DNA from: Octopus vulgaris
Taxonomy: Eukaryota
NCBI GenBank assembly: GCA_951406725.2
Contig: OX597821.1
Location: 10,230,001 to 10,294,000, forward strand
Direction: 5' to 3'
DNA: 64,000 nucleotides
The position numbers and the translations under genes are program-made. Below are positions 1-12,459 of the stretch, one piece after another (within the stretch, counting starts at the first letter, position 1; every line of letters begins with the position of its first letter). The notes under the pieces are model-generated. The model worked only from the letters and a program-made list of their open reading frames with translations, was not told the DNA's origin and searched no databases.

Positions 1-735
1 GCAATATTCCACATGATTTATAAACGGTGATTAAATACTGGGTGGAAAAACTGTGTTGGGCAGTTGCAACAGCAGCAGCAAAAACGGCAGCTCCAACACC
101 AGCAGCAAAAACGGCAGCTCCAACAGCAACTACAACAATAACTGCACTAACAGCTACTGCAATTAATGTTGAAGAAGTCTGAAAATAATTCAAGTTATTC
201 CTCTATAGCAGAATTCATTTATAACCCAGAAGATACTACTGTTTCTGCACATTTTGGAAGATACGAAGAAACCTTCGAAAAGGATGTAAAAATTGGACTG
301 ACAAGAAAAAAGTGCGACTACATTTAAGAAAGTTATCCCCTGCCGAATATGAAAAAATACTTCAATCACATTTTGCTGAAAGAACCTGGTGAGATTCGTT
401 TCGATGAAACTATTAATGCTTTATCGAAAATTTTCAGTTAAAGAAGTTCCCTATTCAATACTCGCTGGCAGTGCTTGAATTTAGAAAAGAAAAGAGCATG
501 AAAATTTCGACATCTATGCTGGGGTTGTTAAAATAATGTCTGAAAGATTCAAATTAAATCAACTCTTGACTTGTGAAATGTTTAATTTTTGTCCTAGAGC
601 AAACACTGAAATTAAAAATGCAGATATGCGTTCCAGGATATTAAGAAAATTAGAATAGGACCAAAATTTAAGAGATGGGGAATTATGTACATTATTTACA
701 ATTGACGGATATTTGTTTTCATCTTCCTTGTTGTT

Positions 736-781
736 AACGCAACGTTTCGGCTGATATATCCTCCAGATTTCATCAGGTGTC
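736..781 (-). ncRNA. Minimal type I hammerhead ribozyme relic
   Basis: Minus strand reads GACAC-CUGAUGA-AAUCUG GAGGAUAUAU CAGCC-GAAA-CGUU-GCGUU. Core intact, stems I and II partly mismatched, palindromic AACGUU stem III. Confidence 0.6.
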
Positions 782-819
782 TTGGGGAAATTTTGAACCT
801 GGGTTCGAAATTTCCCCAA

Positions 820-865
820 GACGCCTGATAAAGACTGGAGAATATATGAGCCGAAACGTTGCGTT
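820..865 (+). ncRNA. Minimal type I hammerhead ribozyme relic (core mutated)
   Basis: GACGC-CUGAUAA-AGACUG GAGAAUAUAU GAGCC-GAAA-CGUU-GCGUU. Stem I pairs; the core has G>A (CUGAUAA). Confidence 0.5.
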
Positions 866-2595
866 AACAACAAACAAGATGGAGACAAATATCTATCAAT
901 TTTAAATAATGTACATAATTCTTCATCTCTTAAATATAGAACTGAAAAAAAAAAAAAAATTATTACGCAAAATGGGCGTCTCCAGCAGTTTATGTCAATA
1001 AAAAATAATAACATCCAACAGTTTTAATCGGATGTTTCATGCCATATAATTACCTGTTACCAAGTGCGGAAGAAATTTTTGCGAAGTTGAATGAGGAATT
1101 TTTCTTTCAAGTTTAGAGCTATCTGAGGCATACATGCAGTTAGAAGTTGCTGAGAAATGTTCAAAAGTGTTGACGATAAATACCCATAAGGCATTGCATA
1201 AATTTTATCCACTTCATTTTGGTATAAAGTAGCACCAAACATTTTCCAACAAGTTATGGGCATACTACTCTCAGGTTCGAATTTCGCTATAGTTTACCTT
1301 TAAGAGAGACGTATATAAAAGTGAATCTCGTGACCAGCAAGCTGAGCATGTTTCAAAGCTCTTCGAAAAAATTAATGATCATGGTATAAGCTCAGTGATA
1401 AATTGTGTGAACTTTTTATGAGAAGAATAAAATACCAGGGCAGACTATCGGTGAAAATGGACGCAGACCAGACCCGTCAAGAAAAAATATGACACTCCCG
1501 AAAAACATTACAAGCATTTCGGGGCCCCGCAAAATATGAGCACCGTTGTATAACAATCGAATATTAAAAGAATACCATACTGGATATCCAGTAATTTCTA
1601 GGATGAAGTGTCTTATGAGGAGTTATGTTTACTGGCTGAAAATGGATCTAGATATTGAGACGTTGATAGACTGCTGCTGCGGTTGTGCTTTTGTAGCGAA
1701 TGCAACAGCTTTGAAATTTTAACCTTGGTCGAAAGCCAATATTCCATAGATCAGGTTACACATAGACTTCGGAAGACCATTAAGTGGATCATATTATCTA
1801 ATAATGGTAGATAGCTTACAGAATGACCAGAAATGTGTAAATGTAAAAAGTTTACCTCTACTATAACTGGATTTTCTTTTTTGCACGGTATGGGCATACC
1901 GCGCACTATAGTCTCCAAGAACGGCACACAATTTACAGCGAATGAATTCAAGAATTTTTGCAAGTGGTACTCATTTGAACATATCACTACTCCTCCGTAT
2001 CACACATGATCAAACGGATAATCTGAACGCTGTGTGGAGTTGTTCAGAATGGTACTGCCTAAATCCAGAAATGAATTAGTGGATGATGTAACCTTGACAC
2101 AATTCCTGAGAGTTAACCGTATAAAGCCAAACCCAAATACTCTTTCAGACGAATCACTCGCTGAACTGATGTTCGCAAGAAAAATTAAGTTAATTTTTGA
2201 CAATTATAACAGAAAAAGAAAAACTAGGGAAAACACTAAAAAGTACCACAGAGTATTTAAAAACTGGTGATAATGTGTTTTCAGAGTGAATAGAAATGGA
2301 AAAGAAGTTGAGAAGACGGTAAATAAAACGGATCGATAAAATGACGTATATATATTCTGAAAGGGTCATAAAAGATACATAAATGAGATGAAAAGAATAT
2401 TGCTGCCGAAAAGTTTACAATGTAAAAAGTAACCATGGACGTTTTCTGCGATATTTTTGATCTCCAGATTTCATAAGAAGTCGGTGAACCAAATTGTACT
2501 TATACTAAAATAAGAGAACATAGAGTATATTTGGAGTGAGTTCCAAAAAAAGAAACTTATTCATTTCCAACGAAAGTCAATCTCACAAGGTGAGA

Positions 2596-2803
2596 TGTGG
2601 TCAGAGACACTAACATACCTGTGTGTTTAAAAGAGGAACTCGTCGAAATCATAAAAAGAGTAACGTGTAAAGTTGAGACGACAAAGATCGTTTTGAAGTC
2701 TCGTGCAGTAGTAGTAGAAGTACGTCGTGTGAAGACATTACCTTAGCGCTACTTTGTTAAATCATGAATCCAAACGTAAATCAATAAAAAGGATATAATC
2801 ACA
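2596..2803 (+). repeat. Putative 3' LTR of the Gypsy remnant
   Basis: Starts TGTGGT after a purine-rich stretch (AAGGTGAGA), ends ATCACA (inverted TG..CA termini), AATAAA at ~2783, lies just downstream of the integrase remnant. Confidence 0.6.
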
Positions 2804-2929
2804 TATCGATATATGGTTTTTATGTAAAAGACAACCGTAAAACTTGAAATAAGCATTAACAAATGCAAATTTTTGTATCTAAATGTAATGATAAGCGATA
2901 AGGTACATATCAGTTCATACATTCCAGTC

Positions 2930-3058
<129 letters not shown>

Positions 3059-5092
3059 AGATATGCATATATGGGTACATGACATCACAAAAAGTAAACA
3101 ACATGAAGTACGAAAATAAAGCTCGTTATGCAAACAACGAGAGAGACAAATGGAGAAAAAGACAAGCAACGTAAAGAAAGAGCCTTCATCAGTTGTCGGC
3201 CGTACTTCTACTCGTTATTTCGAGCATTGAACGATAATATAAGAATTTGAAGGCAGTTGCTCCCGCGAACCAAAATAAAGTTTGTGATTTGGGGAAGTTC
3301 AAAGTGGGTAACAAAAACAAGACAGTGGAGACATACAAGGAAACCGAGAAGAAAACAAACATGGACGGTCGATAGACCAGACGAGTTAAAGAGATATATT
3401 GTCTTTGACAAGAGAAAAGATACAATAGAAGATAGATAGGAATACATGCAGTCTGTACGACACCACTGACTGCTCCTTTCTACACACACAAACACACACA
3501 CGCAGACATACATACACACACATACAAATACACATACACACATACACACATACACACATGTACATACATGCAACTAAAACGTGAAGGCGATGCCTCAGCA
3601 GTGTTGTAGCCCAGTGACCGAATCAAGCTCACACATGCAGGCATCTGCGTACATACTTCAAATAAATATGTGTGTGTCCCTGTGTGTGTCCTAGTACGTA
3701 TTTTCACTCTTATTCATAGGTGTATTAGCATGATTATTTTCCTGTCTTTCATTTTGATTCATTCAATTATCGTTCTGAACCTACCGCATTATCTAAATCT
3801 TTAACGAATCTCAACCTCCAAGGCTTTTGTTACTATGGCTGTCAATTGTCTTTTCTTTGGCGTTAATTCTATAGCAGATACGGTTCTGTCATCTGAGGGA
3901 ACTTCATAGAAATGCGCATTATTGCTGAAACGTAGATAAATCTTTAATATGGTTTATTTACAAAAGTCACATTTGATTACATCGCAACATATATTTCAGA
4001 AAGGAAATAATGAGACTAAACTTGTTCGCCAATGTTTAAGCTTATTTCCAAGATAATTGTAGCCTGGTGGACTCAAACATATTGTTATATGCATTTTCCC
4101 ATATTTCAGTTCCAAGTTTATACACAGTAAGTATACAGTCCTACCTTCGCGTTTTTATTGTCGATAATTGAATGCAACCATACAAATATTTAGAAATTAA
4201 TATTTTATAGTTCGATGAACCAATTTCTGAACGTACCTAATTACGGAAAAAGAACATTCTAACTAAATCTATTTCATTTGATTCGTTTAAGATAAATAAC
4301 TATACACATTTAGACACACACGTTCACATACATTAACTTAAGTAATCATCATGTAGTAAAACGTAGAGACCGCAACGCATCTAAGTGATGTTATGCAAAT
4401 GTGAACTGCGTTGGATAGATACACATTTTCAAACAGTAAAATAATAAAAAATCGTGTGCTTCGCTAATATTAACTGTTTTCTTTCGGTCACTGAAGAATT
4501 AAGATTTATATATTATATAGAGCAGTCAGTTCTCTTTCACTAATTGTATTTTTATTAAGTTATCATTTTAAAGGGTTTACTTTGTGATTTCAGTATTTTG
4601 CAGTGGTGTGAAAGAGATTTGATACATATTTTAAGGGAAAAAAATTGCTTGAAATGAATGTGCAGTTTATGCTTGATTCTTATTCTAAACATAGATGTTT
4701 TTAAATCGGCCTTGGATTCCATTGAAAGGCATGACTACGGTTATGAGAGATTTTCATATTGCTATATGATGGATTATTCTTATAATATTTATCGAAATAT
4801 AATGTTCAGTGCAAAACTCTATAAATGCTCCTACAGCTAAATAATCTAAATCGGAAACGTATATTTGAAGATGAAAAGAAATATCTATGGCAATATAAGC
4901 TTATAAAATGACCTGTTAAACAACGGAGTAGATAGATACTAAATTATTTAGTAGATAAAATCATTGAGTAATTTCCTAAAATGTATTGCATTCAATAGTA
5001 ATATACTTTAAAATTCCAATTTCTGATATATTCCCGACTAATTATAATTAATCTTCATAAAATCTTCGTTTAATATATATATATATTTAAGA

Positions 5093-5680
5093 TTGCGGTG
5101 AAGTGACAGAGCACGCCGGGCAGAATGCTTAGCGGTATTTCGTCTGCCGCTACGTTCTGAGTTCAAATTCTGCTGAGGTCGACTTTGCCTTTCATCGTTT
5201 CGGGGTCGATTAAATGAGTATCCGTTACGCACTGGGGTCGATATAATCGACTTAATCCGTTTGTCTGTCCTTGTTTGTCCTCTCTGTGTTTAGTCCCTTG
5301 TGGGTAATAAATAAATAGGTATTTTTCTGCCGCTACGTTCTGAGTTCAAATTAGGCCGAGGTCGACTTTTCTATTAATCCTTTCGGCGGTCGATAAATTA
5401 AGTACCAGTTACGCACTGGGGTCGATGTAATCGACTTAATCCGTTTGTCTGTCCTTGTTTGTCCCCTCTGTGTTTAGCCCCTTGTGGTCAATAAAGAAAT
5501 AAGAATGCATAGCGGTATTTCGTCTGTCTTTATTTTCTAAGTTCAAATTCCACCGATGTCGATTTTGCCTTTCATCCTTTCGGGTTTGATTACTTTATGT
5601 ACCAGATGTATACTGGTTTCGATGAAATCGACTGGCTCCGTCCCACCAAAATGTCGGGCCTTGTGTCTAGAGCAGAAAAT
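5093..5680 (+). mobile_element. Tandem cluster of three SINE family A units (tRNA-like head plus GTCGACTTTGCCTTTCATCCTTTCGGGGTCGAT central domain)
   Basis: B-box-like GAGTTCAAATTC at ~5159, ~5342 and ~5540, each followed by the same central domain. Homologous to copies at 35276, 59607 and 63711. Confidence 0.85.
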
Positions 5681-5686
5681 AATATA

Positions 5687-6099
5687 CGGATCTTTTCGGT
5701 TTGAACGGCAGTTTTTCTAGCGGTGTCATATGAAATTGTCACCCACAATTATGACCCTAGTGTTGATCTATTGCATTTCAATCTGTTTTAGGGTTAGGGG
5801 TGGGGGGAAGGGTATTTTTTTTTTATTCACAAATGTAAATAAACCCAATCTGTTTCTTAAACGAGGGTCATATTCATACAGCACAGAATGTTTTTTTTAC
5901 CTCAATAGACGTCAGTGATTGGTTGAAATTGCAGAAATTAAAGAAAAACAAACAAATATCTTATAAACTACAGAATTTTCTTAATAAAGCCAAGAGAAAA
6001 AGATGTTTTATAAACACATTCTACCAGTATACGAAGTTTAAATTTTTTTACTTACCTAGAAATTATGTTAAATACTGCCGTTCAAACCGAAAAGATCCG
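5687..6099. mobile_element. MITE (non-autonomous DNA transposon), 413 bp
   Basis: Perfect 26-bp TIRs CGGATCTTTTCGGTTTGAACGGCAGT (5687-5712 / 6074-6099), flanked by direct AATATA (5681-5686, 6100-6105). Confidence 0.9.
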
Positions 6100-8434
6100 A
6101 ATATACATATATTTCAAAAGGTGGTACGCCGAACGAAGATCTAAGCAACATTCCGTCTATCTTTACTTTCCTTGTTTAATCGGGGTCGATAAAATAATTG
6201 CCTATTTATCACTCGGTTCTTTCAAATAGTGCCTGTTTATCACAAGTTTCAATACAATCGATTTTCACGGATTTTCTAGTCTTTTACAAAAATTTGAAAC
6301 TAATATATTCTAAGTAAAAATAATGACCACATTTGAAAGAGAAACAAAAATCTTCCAGTAAAAATTGTATATAAAATACATTTCCAACACTGTCATATAT
6401 TAATGTTAGTGAACAACATGAGTTTCATCATACGTTTTTTTTTCTACACCTAAGTAAAAAAAAAAAAATGTCTATTGTTCTCTAAATAATACATCTAACG
6501 TCGTAGAACAAACCTACTCTTACTCAATTTATAATGTACTTTTTTTTTTCTTTGAGTGACTGACAAAAGCAATTTTGTATAAATGGACTGCTCGTATTTA
6601 ACTGCCTGAAAATCTTTGGAAATTTGAACTGATTGGACGCTGTCGCACTCAGTAGTTTAACACACCCACACACATTTATGAGTGCTTATGTATGGGTGTG
6701 CATATATATATATATACATAGGTATATGTTTATGTATAAATGTATGCATATGTAAATATGTGATTATATATATATATATATGCGTGTATATTTCTCATGA
6801 AATAGATTCAAATAACTAGGGACTGCACCAATCGCTTATAATTTGTTGTCAGTATATTTCTTAATGCGAAACATTCTTATAAATTTTACCTTTTATCATT
6901 TTGGCATCAATAGAATACATTCTCTTTTTTCCCCTAAATGATTGGACATGTGAAGATAATACAGAATTATATATTTATGCAAATTTAATGTGTTGTATTG
7001 TGGGTTAGTGTTGTTCTTTTTTTGTGTGGCTCCCTCGGTCGCTTGGTTCAATGAATTAAACTTGTATATCGAAATATATAATTCACTATTTCTAAATTGT
7101 ACTTTGTAACTAATTTAATGTTTTGATATATATATAATTAGCCTTTATTGGATAGATCTATAATTGAAAGCTTTACGGCTTAAAACAACCTATTGAATAG
7201 CTACAATATATTTAGTAATAAATTGTCAAACGTCCATTGCCATTAGCGACTCGTTTACCAGTTTTAACATATCAAGCAAATACGAAGCTTTTCGTCCATT
7301 GGTTCATTAGTCAACATATTTGGTTTGGTGAGGTGAGGCGTGGTATGACGAATGTTAATTTCTCATTTACCGGATTCTGGAAACTTTTCTCATTTAAAAA
7401 CAATTTCTTTAATTTGACATTTCCTTGATTGTAAAGGAAAACGAATACAATAGAAAATATATTATTTTTCAAATAAAAGAAAAATCTTCAGTGAATTAGA
7501 AATCGCTTGTTTTTAATGATGAACTTTTGAATGTATTGATTGCAGACATTTTGAAGACTAAGCTGTCTAAACTGTGACACTTTTGATCTTCTAACAAATG
7601 CAAAATTATTAAAAGCGTGAAGGCTTCTTCGTTTCTTTTTGTCTTTTTTTTTCTGTTTCTAACATTATCAATATTTTGATAATTTACTTTCTTTCATGTA
7701 AACCAATGTAACAGAAGTAATCACGTAATATTTTTTTTAAATTTCTATAATTTGCGATCTTCCTTTTTCTCCTAATAATTTATTATTATGTCTCTTTTAT
7801 AAAATTGTTTCATTCTTGTCCTTAATGAGAACAGATTTTCAATATATCGTTCATGCATATAATATGCTTTATTTTGAAGAAAATCCATCCCCGTTGATAA
7901 TTAACAGCCACCGAAACTTATTATTCATAGAATTATTACTTTTCATTTCCTTATGGGCATATCATTCACTTTTCCTCATGTATTTGAAGTGGAACAAAAT
8001 ACTTTGATTTAAATCGTCAGAAAACGAGAGAACAAATACGAGAAAATTAACATTTCATTTAGTAGCGAGCAAGTTAATCCTGTGAGAACGGAGAGCAACC
8101 TATATTGAAAGGTCTCAGAGGATATCTTTCCACAATTTATTATTAACAAAATCACGATTATACTTAATCATATAAATGTCCATTATCGATATATTATTCA
8201 TGCATAACATACTAGCACCAATCTCAAAACCCTCACTGTCACTAAAAGAGTAAATTACAAAGTGAGTTGCTCCCTCATGTCAATTTCTAAAGCCCGGATG
8301 TTCATGGTTGCTATGTTCCTAAAACTACTGACGTGACGGTTACTCTCTAGATTGCTAATATTCATAAATATTATACTCCGGTGGCTTGTACTTTTCAACC
8401 AATTGCAGCTTTTTGTCACACTCAAGAGCGTTAC

Positions 8435-8498
<64 letters not shown>

Positions 8499-8572
8499 AT
8501 TATTAGTATTATTATTATTAATAATAATTATTAATTATTATTATAATAATTATTATTGTTATTATTATTATT
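8435..8572. repeat. (TTA)n microsatellite, tail/target of the adjacent LINE
   Basis: Directly visible. Confidence 0.95.
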
Positions 8573-9349
8573 CAGCAGTTTTATTTTTATAACGTGCTTT
8601 CACTTCACTATCGAGCGCAGCTCTGTGTGCCTTGGGTACGTGCTGCGGTTTGTTGTGATGCTCATATGGTTACTGTATTGAAAGTGTTTTGCGTAGGATG
8701 TGTGCAGTGCCTAGTAGTGCAATTTTCTGTATGTTATATGTGTTTGTAAGTCCTGGTGTTTTTGTTATGTATTTGTATGAATATTTTTTATCATACCTAA
8801 TGCGCCTACTATGATAGGAATTATTTCTGTTTTTAGATTCCACATTCTGGTTACCTCTATTCCCAGGTCTTTGTATTTTGATAGTTTCTCCATTTCTTTT
8901 AGAGACACGTTGTCATCTGCCGGTATTGATATATCAATTAGAAAGCATGTTCTTTCTTCTTGATCTCTGACAACTATATCTGGCCTAGTGGCCTCAATTT
9001 CTCTATCTGTGTGTATTGGCATATATCAGAGTATGGTTGCTTTCTCGTTTTCTGTGACCTTTTCTGGTGTGTGCCAATACCATCTTTTTTCTGTTGTTAT
9101 TCCATAATGTTGGCATAGCGTCCAGTGTATGTAGGTCCAAACTCTATCGTGTCTCTGTATATGTTCCTTCTTAGCCGGAATTGGGCAGCCAGATATAATA
9201 TGATTTATTTTTCTTGTCTATATCCACATATTCTGCAGTTACTTGTTATGTGTCTTTTCATTATATGTTTTTGGTAACCTCTGGTGAGGAGGCTTTGGTC
9301 TTGTGCTGCAATTAAAGATCCCTCTGTCTCTGATTTGAGTCCTGAGCTT
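8573..9349 (-). mobile_element. R4/Dong-like non-LTR retrotransposon 3' fragment (CCHC plus restriction-like endonuclease)
   Basis: ORF 8765-9022 'RPDIVVRDQEERTCFLIDISIPADDNVSLKEMEKLSKYKDL..IIPIIVGALG'; upstream 'CRICG..INHIISGCP..RHD'; 3' end runs into (TAA)n; homologous to 23046-24005. Confidence 0.9.
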
Positions 9350-9934
9350 CAATCAGAAAAGTTCGGGGACCATCAAACTCCTTCTCTAATTAACTTAGAA
9401 AAACAACAAAAGTTACTTTTCTTTAGAATTATAAGATAATACTTTTTTTTCATTTACAAAAGCGTTATGGTATGTTCGAGGAAGGTTTGGCTACTGTTCT
9501 CTCTTTAACATATACCACTATTACATAAGGAATAGTAACGTAACACTCTTGATTCAGAGGGTTAAGAAGAATAAAATATGTTCCATATTATCAACGTCGG
9601 TCCTCATATTTCTGCTTTATCCTCTCTTCTTTCATAAAGATTAAAATAAATATTAGTAAAGATATTAAAATAGCGCCAACATTCGACCTTATTCAGGTTT
9701 ATTAAAACCAGAAATAAATAGAGCGACATGAATACCTGGATAAACTACTTTAAAAAGGAGCTAACAATGTTCGGTTAATCCTTGACTGTTTGTTCAGACT
9801 TGTTGCATCCAAACTATCCAGAAGAGGGTTCAAACTGAGCTTCCGGAAGATGTGAGAATAATAAACGTTTATAATGGTTGGGGCACTCCGTCTGTTGAGA
9901 CGCCGACTATTCTGTACTGTGTTGTCATAGTCGT

Positions 9935-11316
9935 CTTCTTCTTCTTCTTCTTCTTCTTCTTCTTCTTCTTCTTCTTCTTCTTCTTCTTCTTCTTCTTCTT
10001 CATATTTGTTAGGTGGTACGATTTCTTGTTTGTATTTGTCAGCTTCCTAAAAATATTGACAGCAGATTTTTTGTTTTGCTCGTGTTTTGCCGCTATCTGG
10101 ATCAGTTTTCCTTCCTTCTGAAGTAGATATCTGTGCAGTTCTCAGGCGGTTATTTTATAATAGTTTTCCAGCTGTATAAGGCCTCTGCCACCTTCTATAT
10201 GTTCTTGTTTTCCTGTCTATTTTGGTTAGTTCATTTTAGTGTCCAGTTAAGGATATTGTAGCTGTAACATATAACTTGACATCTAAAGTGTTAATACCTA
10301 TTATCTTGTTTTTAGCATTGAACTCTGTTTTTAGTATTGATCTAACTCGTCTATAGTATTCTTTCTTTATTTTCTTGTTCATTTGTTTGTGTTGTATCAT
10401 ATCTAGTTCATGGATTCCTAAATATTTATAAGTTTGGCTTTTGTCTAATTCTCTTATTCCATTGGCTTTATCTAGTGCGATGTTTTTACACTTAACTACT
10501 TTACTTATTTTTAGGGTTGCTTTGGCGCATTTTTCTAATCCAAATTTCATATCTATTTCTTTGGTAAATCCATGAACTGTCTGTAGTAGTGTTTTCAGCT
10601 GTTTACCATTTGCAGCGTATAGTTTTAGGTCATCCATATATAAAAGGTGGCTGATCGTTTTGCCGTAACATTTATATCCGCATCCAGCTCTATTTAGCTT
10701 ATCAGATAGAAGTGTCAGTGCCAAGCAGAAAAGGAGTGGAGAGAGCGTGTCTCCCTGGAATATTCCTCTTCTGATGGGGATGGCTTTGGTTTTCATGAGC
10801 CCCTCTTTTGTTTGGAGCTGTAGTACTGTCGACCATTTATTCATAGATTGTCATATGTATTTTATAATTGTTGGTGCTACCTTGTTAATGGCTAGTGTTT
10901 CGAGGATCCACGTGTGGCGTATGCTATAAAAGGCCTTTCGGTATTCGATCCAGGCCACACTGGGGCCTTTATTCTTTCTGTGGTTTTCTTCAGTTATGGC
11001 TTTATTGATCATTAATTGATCTTTACAGCCATATGAGCCCTTGCAGCATCCTTTCTGCTCTTCAGGAAACAGGTTGTTTTCGTCCAAATGCTTGTGCAAT
11101 CTTTGCGATATTACTGAAGCAAATGCTTTGTACATTGTAGGGAGAAAGGTTATAGGTCTGTAGTTATGTGGTTTTGGCGTTTCGTTGGAATTGGGAATTA
11201 GGACGGTTTCCCCTTTAGTGAGCCATTCAGGCATTGTCTCTTCCTCTGCCAGTATGTCGTTAAAGTTTTCAGCCAGCTTTTTGTTTATTCCTGTTAGATA
11301 TTTATTTCAACCATAA

Positions 11317-11318
<2 letters not shown>
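9935..11318 (-). mobile_element. R4/Dong-like LINE reverse transcriptase fragment (pseudogenised)
   Basis: ORFs 10851-11234 (NYRPITFLPTMYK, EQKGC, YRKAFYSI) and 10236-10844 (GIFQGDTLSPLLF, HLLYMDDLKLYA, YKYLG). The 5' truncation joins (TAA)n; internal (GAA)n at 9935-10001. Confidence 0.93.
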
Positions 11319-11415
<97 letters not shown>

Positions 11416-11535
11416 GTTATTGTTGTTGTTGATGATTTTATAATCACCATGATTATCATGATCATAATCATCATCATCATCATCATCATCAACATCATGA
11501 TAATTATTATCACCATTGTTATTATTGTTATTATT
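11318..11535. repeat. (TTA)n/(TCA)n microsatellite
   Basis: Directly visible. Confidence 0.95.
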
Positions 11536-12073
11536 GAGTGAGAGAGCAGCGCATGTCATCAAAGTGACATTGGGGTAAAATATACGAAGCTCAAAATACC
11601 CATCACGACTAACCGTCTGATAAGGGCACTCCAGACACATGCATCGCAATCGTATGTGCATTACATGGTGATCTTATATCAAGGTAACCAGCGCATGGCC
11701 TTGCAGGCGGGACCCAATTAGAATTGCCTTCAGATTGAGTAACCTGGCCCGATCAAAATGTTCCTGAATAAGATTTGTTTAAGAATGATGAATGAAACAC
11801 CCATGTTTTCAGAGGTCAATTATAAAAACCCTAAAGAAATCGACTGGCTAAGTCACTCATCACCTACTTCAGCTCGTGATCAGAGATGAGCATATCGTCA
11901 GCTACTGATGGATATGCTCAACGGGTTATTATCAAGCAACTGACATGCAAATCTGTGGTATGGGCAGAATGTATGCTGCTGTCCATCTTCGAAAACATTG
12001 TATATGATAACACTTCCAATCAGTTACTATCAAAATCCATTAGAGCCACTGTCTCGTCCTGTATCAAGACATT
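11536..12073 (-). mobile_element. ~550-bp non-coding (TAA)n-associated retroposon, diverged copy
   Basis: Reverse complement aligns end to end with 24166-24719; (TAA)n on both sides. Confidence 0.85.
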
Positions 12074-12251
12074 ATACTGCATATTATTATTATTATTATT
12101 GAGAAGAGGAATAAAAAGAAGATGAGGAAGAAGAGGGGGGAATACGAAGAAGAGAAAGAAGAGAAAGAAGAAGAACAAGAAGAAGAAGAAAGAGATCAAA
12201 CAGAAGACGAAAAATAAGAGGAAGCAGATTACTTCAACTAACTGAATTATC

Positions 12252-12449
12252 GACGGATATTTGTCCTCATCTTGTTTGTTGTTAACACAACACTAATTTA
12301 GCATTATTTTATAAAAGTATAACTTTTACTTGATATTAAGATGGCAGATTAGTGTGAAGGATTTAAGATACTTTTAACTACAAACAAGGTGTGTTAACAA
12401 CAAACAAAATGAGGACAAATATCTGTGGAATTTAAATAATGTAAATAAT
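12252..12449. repeat. Inverted repeat homologous to the outer arms of the 666-935 foldback, with unrelated centre
   Basis: GACGGATATTTGTCCTCATCTTGTTTGTTGTTAACACAAC (12252-12291) versus TGTGTTAACAACAAACAAAATGAGGACAAATATCTGT (from 12390). Confidence 0.8.
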
Positions 12450-12459
12450 ATAAATAATG

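Larger units (their letters stand above)
666..944. mobile_element. Foldback (palindromic) insertion, probably an inverted Penelope-type terminal repeat
   Basis: 666-799 is the imperfect reverse complement of 802-935 (centre GAACC-TG-GGTTC). The right arm extends to TAGAACTG. Each arm holds an HHR-like motif. Confidence 0.85.
50..2803 (+). mobile_element. Degenerate Ty3/Gypsy LTR retrotransposon (gag, RT, integrase remnants, 3' LTR), interrupted by a foldback insertion at 666-944
   Basis: Frameshifted translation gives a Gln-rich gag N-terminus, 'EFIYNPED', 'LFNTRWQCLNL', RT-like 'LSEAYMQLE..FGIKVAPNIFQQVM', integrase zinc-finger 'YHTGYPVISRMKCLMRSYVYW' and core 'GIPRTIVSKNGTQFTANEFKNFC..HITTPPYHT*SNG*SERCV'. 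Many stops. Confidence 0.85.

Noticed and set aside
559-1014. 151-aa minus-strand ORF
   Set aside because: It spans the foldback insertion and antisense gag; a chance ORF.
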